Of a stretch of 64,000 nt of DNA, positions 28,450 to 41,892 are shown piece after piece (position 1 is the first letter of the stretch; every line of letters begins with the position of its first letter). Below the pieces are notes generated by a model that saw only the letters and a program-made list of their open reading frames with translations, searched no databases and was not told where the DNA came from. Origin of the DNA: an uncultured delta proteobacterium (GTDB taxonomy: Bacteria; Desulfobacterota; Binatia; UBA9968); NCBI GenBank assembly GCA_963816145.1, contig CAWFJP010000002.1:224001-288000 (forward strand), written 5' to 3'. A program made the translations under genes and the position numbers.

Positions 28450-29715
28450 ATGACAGAGACAGCGCTCAAACAACAAGCACTTCGCCTGGGTAAGCAAGCT
28501 AAAATCGCCGCGCGCCGGCTGGCGCCGTTGTCGTCGTCGGATAAAAATCGCGCGCTCCTGCTGATGGCCGAGAAGCTCGAAGCCAAGAGCGGCTTTTTAG
28601 TCGAGGAGAACAAAAAAGACCTCGAATTCGCCACGGCTAACGGCGAGTCGAGCGCGATCCTCGACCGTATCGAACTCAACCCGAGCCGGGTGCAGGCAAT
28701 GGCCCAAGGGCTGCGCGATGTCGCGGCGCTTCCCGACCCCGTTCGTGAAGTCGTCAAGATGTGGCGCCGTCCCAACGGCTTGCAAGTGGGGCGCATGCGC
28801 ATTCCGCTGGGCGTCATTGGCATCATCTACGAAGCCCGCCCCAACGTCACCGCAGATGCCGCGGCGCTCTGTCTCAAGTCCGGAAATGCGGTGATTCTGC
28901 GCGGCGGCAGCGAGGCGCATCATTCCAACCAAGCGATCGGCGCGGTGCTGCGCGAAGCCTGTGCGGAAACCAGCGTGCCGCAGGACGCCGTTCAGGTGGT
29001 GCAGGTGAAGGATCGCGCCTTGGTCAACGAGTTGCTGCAATTGGAAGAGTATATCGACCTGATTATACCGCGCGGCGGTGAGGATTTGATCCGCGCCGTG
29101 GTGGCCAATTCGAAGATCCCGGTAATCAAACACTACAAAGGCATCTGCCATGTCTATGTCGACAGCGACGCGTCTTTAGAGATGGCCGAACGGATTTGTT
29201 TCAACGCCAAGGTGCAGCGGCCTTCGGTGTGCAATGCCATGGAGACTCTGTTGGTACACGAATCGGTGGCACCGAAGTTCTTGCCGGCGATGATCGAAAA
29301 ATTTCGCGCCGCCCAGGTCGAGGTGCGCGGCTGCGCTAAAACCCGCGCTTTGGTGCCGGGAGTCAAGCTCGCCACCGAGGAAGACTGGTCCACTGAATAC
29401 CTCGAGCTGATCCTGTCGGTGCGTATCGTCAAGGACATGGACGAAGCCATTAGCCATATCGAGCAGTATGGCTCGGAACATACCGAGAGCATCATCACCA
29501 ACAACTATCAAAAATCCCGCGAGTTTATCGACCGCGTCAACTCATCGGCTGTGATGGTCAACGCGTCGACGCGCTTCAACGACGGCGGCGAATTGGGCCT
29601 CGGCGCAGAGATCGGCATCAGTACGAGCAAGATTCACGCCTTTGGACCCATGGGGCTGGAAGAGTTGACGACGACCAAGTTTATCGTCTTTGGCGATGGG
29701 CAGATTCGCGAATGA
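28450..29715 (+). CDS. proA: gamma-glutamyl phosphate reductase
   Basis: PLGVIGIIYEARPNVT, CNAMETLL and GAEIGIST motifs. Confidence 0.97.
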   Translation: MTETALKQQALRLGKQAKIAARRLAPLSSSDKNRALLLMAEKLEAKSGFLVEENKKDLEFATANGESSAILDRIELNPSRVQAMAQGLRDVAALPDPVREVVKMWRRPNGLQVGRMRIPLGVIGIIYEARPNVTADAAALCLKSGNAVILRGGSEAHHSNQAIGAVLREACAETSVPQDAVQVVQVKDRALVNELLQLEEYIDLIIPRGGEDLIRAVVANSKIPVIKHYKGICHVYVDSDASLEMAERICFNAKVQRPSVCNAMETLLVHESVAPKFLPAMIEKFRAAQVEVRGCAKTRALVPGVKLATEEDWSTEYLELILSVRIVKDMDEAISHIEQYGSEHTESIITNNYQKSREFIDRVNSSAVMVNASTRFNDGGELGLGAEIGISTSKIHAFGPMGLEELTTTKFIVFGDGQIRE

Positions 29716-29894
29716 CCGAGTTGCCGATCGCCACTCAACTGGATCGATTTCTTCTGGAGTCTAGCGTCTGGAGTCGCCGGTTGACGCTAAAGCCGGGACT
29801 GCAAACGCAAGACTTCTTTCTCCGCTGCTCAGTAGCAACCGCCGACGACCTGCGAACTAACCGAGGTCGCACCGAAAGGCTGTGCGCTCTGCTA

Positions 29895-30557
29895 ATGAAG
29901 ATCGGCTTGTTCGGCGGCACCTTCGATCCGATCCACTGGGGCCATCTGCGCAGCGCGGAAGAGGTCGGCGAGACTTACGGTCTCGACCGGGTGTATTTCA
30001 TTCCCGCGTCGATCCCGCCGCACAAAAGAGGCAAGACCACGACCCCGGCCGAAGACCGGTTACGGATGGTTCGACTCGCGGTGGCGCGCAATCCGCGCTT
30101 CGCGGTATCGACGGTCGAGTTAGACCGGCCGGGGCCATCCTATTCCATCGACACGATCCGCGAATTCGTCAGCCGACTGACCAAGCGCGATTCGTTATAT
30201 TTCATCATCGGGTTGGACGCGTTTCTCGAAATCGGCACATGGAAGAATTTCAGAGAAATTTTCCCCTTGTGCAACTTCATCGTCACTTCACGACCCGGCA
30301 GCAAGGAGAACGACCCGCTCAAAGGCGCCGGTATTGCCGTGAAAAAACTGTTTTGTTATGATTTTAAGAAACGTAACTACCGCCATCAAAGCGGCACCCG
30401 AGTGTATTTTATCGAACTCACCGATATCGCCATCTCAGCTTCAGAAATTCGCGCGCTGGTGCGCAAAGACAAGTCGATACGTTATCTGTTACCTTCGTTA
30501 GTGGAACGATTTATTAAACGCCGCCGGCTTTACCGCGGCCGCAGGGAGAGTTCGTGA
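29895..30557 (+). CDS. nadD: nicotinate-nucleotide adenylyltransferase
   Basis: MKIGLFGGTFDPIHWGH and ISASEIR motifs; frame is open upstream to 29712. Confidence 0.94.
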   Translation: MKIGLFGGTFDPIHWGHLRSAEEVGETYGLDRVYFIPASIPPHKRGKTTTPAEDRLRMVRLAVARNPRFAVSTVELDRPGPSYSIDTIREFVSRLTKRDSLYFIIGLDAFLEIGTWKNFREIFPLCNFIVTSRPGSKENDPLKGAGIAVKKLFCYDFKKRNYRHQSGTRVYFIELTDIAISASEIRALVRKDKSIRYLLPSLVERFIKRRRLYRGRRESS

Positions 30558-30967
30558 AGGTAAAAGCATTGAGTGCATGGGATAAAGCGCTGTTGCTGAC
30601 GCGGGCGGCGCTGGATAAGAAAGCTGGCGATCTGGTCGTGCTCGATGTTCATGCGCATACTTCGATCGCCGAATACTTTATCGTTTGTTCCGGACGCTCG
30701 GACCGCCAGGTGCAAAGCATCGCGCAAGGTTTACAAGAAGAGGCGGCGCGCGCCGGCGTGCGCCCGTATGCGGTCGAAGGCGCCCAACGCGGCCACTGGG
30801 TGTTGATGGATTTTTCCGACGTTATTGTGCACATCTTCTACGAGCCAATGCGGCAATTCTACGATCTCGACGGTTTGTGGAGTCATGCGCCGCAGGCGAA
30901 GCTGCCTGCCAGCTACAACAAATTGATCGCGCAACAGCACGCCAGCGACGCGCAGTTGTCCAACTAG
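30554..30967 (+). CDS. rsfS: ribosome silencing factor
   Basis: DKKA, WVLMDFSDVIVHIF and FYDLDGLW motifs; follows nadD. Confidence 0.94.
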   Translation: MKVKALSAWDKALLLTRAALDKKAGDLVVLDVHAHTSIAEYFIVCSGRSDRQVQSIAQGLQEEAARAGVRPYAVEGAQRGHWVLMDFSDVIVHIFYEPMRQFYDLDGLWSHAPQAKLPASYNKLIAQQHASDAQLSN

Positions 30968-31015
30968 CCTGGCAACTGTTAATCGGGTTCTATTAAATTT
31001 ACTGTGATGATGATT

Positions 31016-31095
31016 TCACCACGAAGGACACGAAGAACACGAAGTTCGGAGTTTTCATATCCAGGACCCTTCGCGTCCGTCGTGTCTTCGCTGTG
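31016..31095. repeat. inverted 9-bp-unit element (CACGAAGRA family)
   Basis: TCACCACGAAGGACACGAAGAACACGAAG ... CTTCGCGTCCGTCGTGTCTTCG; same family as 11318-11398. Confidence 0.7.
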
Positions 31096-31194
31096 CAAAA
31101 CGAAAATTGAACCCGACATCCTAACCAAACAAGACCTGAAGAATCGTTACATCGGCTCCTTCGGTTCGCCGCCGAACTCAGAAAGGAATTTCTC

Positions 31195-32739
31195 GTGAGC
31201 ATAGTCCAGCCGGTGGTATTGGTGATTCTCGACGGCTTCGGCATCAATCCGCGCAAGGAATTCAACGCCATCGCCAACGCGTCGAAACCGAATCTCGATG
31301 CCTTGCTGCGCGATTATCCCAACTCGCGTTTGTCGATGTCGGGCGTTGACGTCGGTCTGCCGGCGGGGCAGATGGGCAACTCGGAAGTCGGCCATATGAT
31401 TCTCGGCGCCGGGCGGATCATCTATCAAGATTTGACCCTAATTCACAAAGACATTGACGATGGCAGCTTCTATAGCAATGCGGTCTTGCTCGACGCGCTG
31501 CGCCGGACCAAGGCAAAGAGCGACCGGCTGCACTTGATGGGGCTGTTGGGCGACGGCGGGGTGCATAGCCATCAGCGGCACATGGAAGCGATTCTCGAGA
31601 TGGCCAAGCGCGAGCGGCTCGCCCAGGTCTATCTGCATCTGTTTCTCGACGGCCGCGACACGCCGCCTAACAGCGCCGAGCAGTTCATGCTCGACCTGAA
31701 CGAGAAACTGAGAAACCTTCCCAACGTGAAAATTGCCACGGTGAGCGGGCGCTACTACGCCATGGACCGTGACAAGCGCTGGGATCGCGTCGAGAAGGCG
31801 TATGTTTGTCTGACACAAGGCATCGGCCACCGCGCGCCATCCGCGCTCGAGGCGATACGCGCGAGCTACCAAGCCAAGGTTACCGATGAATTTGTCCTGC
31901 CGACGACCATCGACGGCGTCGTGCCGGACGGCCTCATACGTAGCGGCGACGGTGTGATCTTTTTTAACTTCCGTGCCGATCGGGCGCGCGAGCTGACGCG
32001 CGCCTTGACCGATCCGGAGTTCAAGGAATTTCCCCGCGAGCGGCGCATCGAACTGGCGACCTACACGACGATGACCCAGTATGACGAAACGTTTAAGCAT
32101 CCGATGGCCTACCAGCCGCGTGAGATTAGAAAGATCTTGGGCGAAGTAGCGAGCCAGGCGGGAATCAAGCAGCTGCGGATCGCCGAGACGGAGAAATATG
32201 CCCATGTGACTTATTTCTTCAACGGCGGCGAGGAAAGCAAATTCCCCGGCGAGGAACGAATTCTCATTCCTTCGCCGAAAGATGTCGCGACCTACGATTT
32301 GAAGCCGGAGATGAGCGCGCGGCCGGTGACCGAGGCGCTGGTCAAACACTTGCGCGAAACCGATGTCGGCATGGTGATCGCCAACTATGCCAACGCCGAC
32401 ATGGTCGGCCATACCGGAAACTTCGAAGCGTCGGTCAAAGCGGTCGAAGTCATCGACGAGTGCTTGGGCAAGGTGGTCGACGCGACGCTGGCCAAGAAGG
32501 GCAAGGTTATTATTACCGCCGACCATGGCAACATCGAGCAGCTGATCGACTATGACACGGGCATGCCACATACGGCGCATACCATCAATCTCGTGCCGGT
32601 GATTCTAATCGACGAAGCGCATCGCAAGTGCCGGCTCAATCAAGGTACCGCCATCGACGTCGCGCCAACGGTGCTGCAATTGCTCGGTTTGCCCCAGCCG
32701 GCGGAGATGACCGGCCATTCTTTGATTGTTGAGTCGTAA
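31195..32739 (+). CDS. gpmI: 2,3-bisphosphoglycerate-independent phosphoglycerate mutase
   Basis: LVILDG, MGNSEVGH, GRYYAMDRD, AETEKYAHVT and TADHGN motifs. Confidence 0.97.
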   Translation: MSIVQPVVLVILDGFGINPRKEFNAIANASKPNLDALLRDYPNSRLSMSGVDVGLPAGQMGNSEVGHMILGAGRIIYQDLTLIHKDIDDGSFYSNAVLLDALRRTKAKSDRLHLMGLLGDGGVHSHQRHMEAILEMAKRERLAQVYLHLFLDGRDTPPNSAEQFMLDLNEKLRNLPNVKIATVSGRYYAMDRDKRWDRVEKAYVCLTQGIGHRAPSALEAIRASYQAKVTDEFVLPTTIDGVVPDGLIRSGDGVIFFNFRADRARELTRALTDPEFKEFPRERRIELATYTTMTQYDETFKHPMAYQPREIRKILGEVASQAGIKQLRIAETEKYAHVTYFFNGGEESKFPGEERILIPSPKDVATYDLKPEMSARPVTEALVKHLRETDVGMVIANYANADMVGHTGNFEASVKAVEVIDECLGKVVDATLAKKGKVIITADHGNIEQLIDYDTGMPHTAHTINLVPVILIDEAHRKCRLNQGTAIDVAPTVLQLLGLPQPAEMTGHSLIVES

Positions 32740-32795
32740 GCCTCACCTTTCAGCTTTGCGCCTTGCCGCAGGGATTTGCTAAGGTCCCTCTCGAC

Positions 32796-33557
32796 ATGGT
32801 GCTTTCCGTTAATCCACGGTTGCCTGAGCGCATCGATTGGCTGTTCGATTGGCTCTATCCGCCGCGCTGCCGGGCTTGCCGCGGGCGAATCTTGGGGCGA
32901 GACGCCGAGTATTTCTGTGCGATCTGCCGCGAGAATATCCAACTGGTTGGCCATCCCCTGTGCGATGTTTGCGGCCGGCCTTTCCCTGACGCCAGCGGCG
33001 ATGATCACACCTGTGGGGGTTGTTTGGAGCGGCGGCCGCACTTTGTCGCGGCGCGTGCTTGGGCCTGTTACCCACGTGAAGAGGAGCATCCGCTGCGCGC
33101 CGTGGTGCAGAAATTCAAATACGCGCGCAAGGTCTCGCTGGGAAAGCCGTTGGGGAGGTTGATGGCGCGTGGCTGCCAAGAGTTTCTCGCCGTGGTGAAC
33201 GCCGACCTGATTGTGCCGGTGCCACTCTACCCGAAGCGGTTGCGCTGGCGCGGCTTCAATCAATCGGTGCTCTTGGGACGCGAGGTTTCCCGCGCTTACG
33301 CTATCCCGATGGATCCGTTCCTGTTGCAGCGCCGGCGCGAGACCGCGGCGCAGACCCAGCTGCCCGAGGACGAGCGGCGGCGCAACGTGCGCGACGCCTT
33401 CGCGCTCAATTCGGACCGGGCCGTCAAGGATAAACGCATCTTGCTGATCGACGATGTTTACACCTCGGGTTCGACGGTGAATGAATGCAGCCGAACGTTG
33501 AAACAGGGCGGGGCCAAAGAAGTGTATGTTCTGACTCTGGCGCGCGCGGTGTACTGA
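32796..33557 (+). CDS. comF: ComF family protein (double zinc ribbon + PRTase)
   Basis: Four CxxC pairs; RGFNQS and LLIDDVYTSGST motifs. Confidence 0.9.
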   Translation: MVLSVNPRLPERIDWLFDWLYPPRCRACRGRILGRDAEYFCAICRENIQLVGHPLCDVCGRPFPDASGDDHTCGGCLERRPHFVAARAWACYPREEEHPLRAVVQKFKYARKVSLGKPLGRLMARGCQEFLAVVNADLIVPVPLYPKRLRWRGFNQSVLLGREVSRAYAIPMDPFLLQRRRETAAQTQLPEDERRRNVRDAFALNSDRAVKDKRILLIDDVYTSGSTVNECSRTLKQGGAKEVYVLTLARAVY

Positions 33558-33575
33558 ATCCGAGCTAGAAAATAG

Positions 33576-34157
33576 ATGTCGACGAACGACCGAATTCGCT
33601 GGGACAGGCAGTATATGAATTCACCGGGTGCTGAACAGCCGTCGGCTTTTCTGCGCGAGATTGTCGAGTGCGACGCATGGCAGGTTCTAAGCGGGAAGGC
33701 GCTTGACGTCGCCTGCGGGAATGGGCGGAACGCGATTTATCTGGCGCAATGCGGATTCGCCGTGACCGCGCTGGATATTTCCCAGGTCGCCTTGGCGGAA
33801 GGCCGGCGGCGGGCGCAGCAGCAGAAGCTGCAAATCGATTGGCAGCAACGCGACTTGGAAGCGAGCGAGCTCGATTCTGGCGATTTCGATTTGGTTATCA
33901 ATTTCAACTATCTCCAGCGTTCGTTATTCCGACCAATTCAGCAGGCGGTGAAGCGAGGCGGCCACGTGATCTTCGAGACCTATCTGATCGACCAGGCGGA
34001 GTTCGGTCAGCCGAAGAACCCCGATTATTTATTGCAGCATAATGAACTGCTCGACTTATTTCGCGCTTTTCGCGTTCTGTCGTATCATGAGGGACGCTGC
34101 GAAGATGGTGGTGCGCCGTCGTTTCGCGCCGGGATTTTCGCGCAGAGGGCTAAATGA
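33576..34157 (+). CDS. class I SAM-dependent methyltransferase (TehB-like)
   Basis: ALDVACGNGRN and NYLQR motifs. Confidence 0.85.
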   Translation: MSTNDRIRWDRQYMNSPGAEQPSAFLREIVECDAWQVLSGKALDVACGNGRNAIYLAQCGFAVTALDISQVALAEGRRRAQQQKLQIDWQQRDLEASELDSGDFDLVINFNYLQRSLFRPIQQAVKRGGHVIFETYLIDQAEFGQPKNPDYLLQHNELLDLFRAFRVLSYHEGRCEDGGAPSFRAGIFAQRAK

Positions 34158-34831
34158 ATAATCTTGCGGCAGCGACACAAGGCAGGTTAAACGGCTCCTT
34201 CGATATCCAGGAATTCCGCGCGTGGTGCGCGCGATGCCGCCGTCCCAGCGTGACCTGTTACTGTGCGCTTCTTGAACCCTTCGACTCAGTGCCGCGTTTC
34301 GTGATTCTCAGCCAGCCGCGCGAGACCAAGCACCGTCTTGGCACCGGCCGGATGGCCCATCTGGGGCTGGCCAATTCACTTTGGTACGAGGGCGTGGATT
34401 TTTCACAGCATCCTCATGTCAATCGGCAGATCGCCGATCCCGCCCACGCGCCGATGCTGCTTTATCCTGGGCGACACGCTGTTAATCTTTCGAAGCTGAA
34501 CGCGCTTGAACGCAGGAGTCTGACCCCCGAGCCGCGCAATCCGTTGGTTTTTGTTCTCGATGGAACGTGGAAGAGCGTGCGCAAGATGCTCCATCTGAGT
34601 GGTAATCTGCGGCGGCTGCCGACCATTTGTTTCGAGCCGCCAACGCCGTCAGCTTATGGCTTCCGTCGCGAACCACGGCCGGAGTGCTACTCGACCATCG
34701 AAGCGATTCACCAAGTCATCGAACTCTTCAACGGCCCCGACATGGAGGACGGATCGGTGCGCCGTCACGACCGCTTGCTCAAGGCATTTCACTTCATGGT
34801 CGCAATCCAACTGGCCTACACGCCGTCGTGA
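34154..34831 (+). CDS. DTW-domain tRNA-uridine aminocarboxypropyltransferase (TapT/YfiP-like)
   Basis: CxxC...CxC, LLYPG, LDGTW and STIEA motifs. Confidence 0.85.
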   Translation: MNNLAAATQGRLNGSFDIQEFRAWCARCRRPSVTCYCALLEPFDSVPRFVILSQPRETKHRLGTGRMAHLGLANSLWYEGVDFSQHPHVNRQIADPAHAPMLLYPGRHAVNLSKLNALERRSLTPEPRNPLVFVLDGTWKSVRKMLHLSGNLRRLPTICFEPPTPSAYGFRREPRPECYSTIEAIHQVIELFNGPDMEDGSVRRHDRLLKAFHFMVAIQLAYTPS

Positions 34832-35043
34832 GCCTTTAAATAGGATCATTCTTCTCGCGATTGTCGTCCGCCAAAGCTTCAGCACCGCCGCACCGCCGTT
34901 AGGTCGCTGAGTCATTTCGAGTAACGCGATAAATCTATCCCATCCCGACCATCATTGTCGCAGCCGGTGCCCGGGCTTATAGCCGCCTTGCGGTTGTTAA
35001 TATCACAATATCCGCATATAATCATAAATATTGAGCTAAACCG

Positions 35044-36039
35044 ATGGATTTCGTACGCACACTCAAAGCCCTGGCCGATCCGCTGCGCTTGCGCGTGCTC
35101 GCCGCGGTCGCCGAAGAGGAGCTGACCGTTGGTGAAGTGCAAGAAGTGGTCGCGTCGATGCAGTCATCGGTATCGCGCAATCTGGCGATGCTGCGTGACG
35201 CGGGTTTCGTGCAGGACCGCAAGGAAGGCACCAGTGTCTATTTCTCGGTGCGGTCCGACATGGCGGAGCCGGCGCGTGAGCTATTCGAGGCCCTCCAACC
35301 CAGATTCAATGAGATTCCTGAAATCAAAAAGGACAGGGCGCGCTTGGCAGAATGCCGCCGCCGCCGTCTGCACCGCTCGCAGAGTTATTTCGAGTCGGTG
35401 GCCGGCGACTGGGAGCGGATTCGCAAGAGTTACTTCGACGACCGCGTTACCTCGCTGGCGATTGAGAAATTGCTGCCGCGAAATCTTGTCTTAGCCGATA
35501 TCGGCTGCGGCACTGGCAGCTTGACCTTCGAGTTGGCCCGTTTCGCGCGAAAAGTGATCGGCGTCGATCTATCCGGCGAGATGCTGCGACGCGCCCGCGC
35601 TCTCGCCAAAGAGCGCGCGCTCGACAACGTCGAGTTCCGCCAGGGCGACGCGCTCCAGCTGCCAGTGGAATCGTACAGTGTCGACGCGGCGTTTTGCGTG
35701 ATGGTGCTGCATTTTCTCCCCGATCCGGCGCGGGCGATTGCCGGCCTCTGCCGCATCGTTCGGCCCGGTGGCACGGTGATTCTCGTCGATTTGGTCGAAC
35801 ACAAGCAGGAATGGATGCGGGAGCAGATGGCGCATCAGTGGCTGGGCTTTGACCAAGGGTCGATCGAGGGCTGGTTTCGCGCCGCGGGAGTGGAGTCGGT
35901 TGACTACGATCTGACCGGTTCATTTGCCGGCGAGAAAATCGCTCGCAACGGCAACCGGCCGGTGGAGATTTTTGTCGCCCGGGCGAGTCTACCGGCGAAA
36001 AACGTTTTAACCACAAAGAGCACAAAGGGCACAAGGTAA
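35044..36039 (+). CDS. ArsR HTH + SAM-binding methyltransferase-fold regulator (SahR-like)
   Basis: KALADPLRLR...QSSVSRNL HTH; DIGCGTG motif; directly upstream of metH. Confidence 0.85.
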   Translation: MDFVRTLKALADPLRLRVLAAVAEEELTVGEVQEVVASMQSSVSRNLAMLRDAGFVQDRKEGTSVYFSVRSDMAEPARELFEALQPRFNEIPEIKKDRARLAECRRRRLHRSQSYFESVAGDWERIRKSYFDDRVTSLAIEKLLPRNLVLADIGCGTGSLTFELARFARKVIGVDLSGEMLRRARALAKERALDNVEFRQGDALQLPVESYSVDAAFCVMVLHFLPDPARAIAGLCRIVRPGGTVILVDLVEHKQEWMREQMAHQWLGFDQGSIEGWFRAAGVESVDYDLTGSFAGEKIARNGNRPVEIFVARASLPAKNVLTTKSTKGTR

Positions 36040-36186
36040 GAAGAACTCGGACAGGAGAATTAGGCGCGAAGAGTGCAGCCGGCGTATAAAAATTCCGAGA
36101 AGACCTTTCGGTGCAGGGCTAAAGCGTGCCTAGCTCGCAGTTCTTTACCTCGATTTAGAAAAAAACACAGCGGAAAAGAGCACTTC

Positions 36187-39885
<3,699 letters not shown>

Positions 39886-39891
39886 GCGTGC

Positions 39892-40005
39892 ATGCTGGGC
39901 CGCGCTTTGCGCCGCGCCGTCAAGGTTGCGCGTAAGACCTCGCGCGTGGTTGGCACGCCAATTTACATCTGGAAAGATGGCAAAGTCATCGCCGAAAAGC
40001 CGTAA
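39892..40005 (+). CDS. 37-aa basic protein below the ORF-track length cutoff
   Basis: MLGRALRRAVKVARKTSRVVGTPIYIWKDGKVIAEKP; resembles small partners of zeta-toxin-like ATPases (recalled pattern). Confidence 0.5.
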   Translation: MLGRALRRAVKVARKTSRVVGTPIYIWKDGKVIAEKP

Positions 40006-40147
40006 GCAGGCTCACTCGATTCTCCAACTCGCAGTCGCATAATTACTTGGCAAAGCCCAGGGTGACTGTGTTAGAGTTCTTCGGCTGGTTGAGAATTCCG
40101 ACTCATTACAAATGGATAGAACGAGAACCATGGAATAGGAGCAAGCT

Positions 40148-40531
40148 ATGCCTACGAAAAGTGATCCGATTATCATCGAGGCGGCGGGGATGCGGATTTG
40201 GGTGGATTACCGGCGCGGCATCGGCGGCGATGAGGGGCTGACCTTCGATGTCACAACGGTGGGCGACAAAGACGGCGACAGAATTCTGCGCTTCGATTGC
40301 TTCAGTAAGACGCCGCATTATCATGTTGGCTCGGCACCCAAGAGCCCCGTCCATGACATGAACGCCGAGGGCATAACCGACCCGGTTCGCTGGACTCTGG
40401 AGCAGCTCAAAACTCGCCTTCCTTCGATGGTCGCCGAAGCCGGCTATGGCGACATCGCCAAGGCGATCGACCAACCCGCGATCGCGCAGAGCCTAGCTCG
40501 GGTGGAGGAAGATATTTTCGCCAAGCTTTAA
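40148..40531 (+). CDS. conserved hypothetical protein
   Basis: AGGAG RBS, host-like codon usage, ILRFDCF..PHYH motif. Confidence 0.75.
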   Translation: MPTKSDPIIIEAAGMRIWVDYRRGIGGDEGLTFDVTTVGDKDGDRILRFDCFSKTPHYHVGSAPKSPVHDMNAEGITDPVRWTLEQLKTRLPSMVAEAGYGDIAKAIDQPAIAQSLARVEEDIFAKL

Positions 40532-40612
40532 CAGCACGGCAGTTAAGCTCGGTTTTTCAGAGGTAATTGGCGACCGCTTGGCGGGCAGATTTAAACCATT
40601 GCCTGGCGACGA

Positions 40613-41860
40613 CTAGTATTTCTTTGTGATCTTGCCGTAGATTTGCAGGACATTCAGATTCCTATAAACCACTTCGCCATCTTGAGATTCTTCTTGACTG
40701 CGAACGGATTTGACCACCGCCCAGATCACCGCCGGAATCAGCAACAGACCTGCGAATAATAAGGAAAGCCAAATTCCCATCTGATAAATCCCGCCTCGAA
40801 TCGACGAGTTGCTCCCGGAGTTCGGCCCGCTCGCCTGTGGATTTTTCGACGCAGCGCCAAAAGCGAATTTGCCCTCATTACCGCTTCCCGATGCAGATCC
40901 CGCAACAGCGCCGGAATCCCTGGCCGCTGCGTCGCTCGAAACGCCGTCCGAAGCCCCGCCTGAGGCCGCCCCGTTGCGACCGCCTGAGCCGCTGCCGGAA
41001 CCTCCTCCAGAACCTCCTCCAGAACCTCCGCTGGAGCCACCACCAGATCCGCCAACACCGCTGTCACCCGAACCGCCGCCGGCGCTTCCGCCACCTGCAC
41101 CAGCGCCAAAGGCACCGCCGGAACCACCTGGGGAGCCACCATTAAATCCGCCCGAAGAACCGCCTCCAGACCCGCTGCCAAAACTCCCGCCTGAACCTCC
41201 ACCTGCACTGCCGCCAGAGTTGCCGCCTGAACCACCGGACGAGCCGCCGCCAAATCCACCACCCGAGTTGCCGCCGCCTGTCACGCCGCTGGAAGAACCA
41301 CCTCCTGAGCCGCCACCCGCGGCGCCGCTACCAGATCCGCCCGAAGAACTGCCCCCAGATCCGCCACCGAAACTCCCGCCTGAACCACCTCCGCCTGCAC
41401 TGCCGCCAGAGCTGCCACCTGAGCCACCAGAGCTGCTACCAGATCCGCCCAAAGAACCGCCGCCGGACCCGCCGCCAGAGCCACCGGATGAACCACCGCC
41501 AAATCCACCGCTGGAGTTGCCGCCGCCCGTCCCGCCGCTGGAACCTCCTCCTGTGCCTCCACCTGTGGCGCCATCGGAGCTGCTACCGGATCCACTCGAC
41601 GAGCCGCCGCCAGATCCGCCGGCACCACTCGCTCCACCGGAACTCGAGCCCGATCCGCCGCTGGATCCGTTGTCGGTGGTGGGGGAAATCGAACCGCTGA
41701 CGCCAGTCCAAGCGGTCTGTAAGCCTTGACCAAAGTCTGTATCGCGGATACCCAACCAAAAGACGAAAGTGACGAGGAGGACGACAAGCGTGTACTCAAC
41801 TAGCGCTTGGCCGTCGCGATTGAAAATCAGTCGTTTCTTAGTAAGGCAAATGTTGTCCAT
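40613..41860 (-). CDS. Flp/TadE-type prepilin-like protein with long Gly/Ser low-complexity tract and C-terminal TM segment
   Basis: RDG/QALVEY followed by a hydrophobic helix; ~280 residues of GGS-type repeats; IWLSLLFAGLLLIPAVIWAVV near the C-terminus; AGAGGA RBS before ATG 41860. Confidence 0.7.
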   Translation of the reverse strand: MDNICLTKKRLIFNRDGQALVEYTLVVLLVTFVFWLGIRDTDFGQGLQTAWTGVSGSISPTTDNGSSGGSGSSSGGASGAGGSGGGSSSGSGSSSDGATGGGTGGGSSGGTGGGNSSGGFGGGSSGGSGGGSGGGSLGGSGSSSGGSGGSSGGSAGGGGSGGSFGGGSGGSSSGGSGSGAAGGGSGGGSSSGVTGGGNSGGGFGGGSSGGSGGNSGGSAGGGSGGSFGSGSGGGSSGGFNGGSPGGSGGAFGAGAGGGSAGGGSGDSGVGGSGGGSSGGSGGGSGGGSGSGSGGRNGAASGGASDGVSSDAAARDSGAVAGSASGSGNEGKFAFGAASKNPQASGPNSGSNSSIRGGIYQMGIWLSLLFAGLLLIPAVIWAVVKSVRSQEESQDGEVVYRNLNVLQIYGKITKKY

Positions 41861-41892
41861 GCGACGCGTTTCCTCTTGAGCCATGCGATTGA

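Noticed and set aside
36040-36186. SAM or cobalamin riboswitch upstream of metH
   Set aside because: No recognisable aptamer consensus; the gap is short and a protein regulator sits immediately upstream
40809-41729. 306-aa Pro/Glu-rich ORF on the + strand
   Set aside because: Antisense shadow of the Gly/Ser codons; the minus-strand frame has the RBS, pilin motif and TM segment
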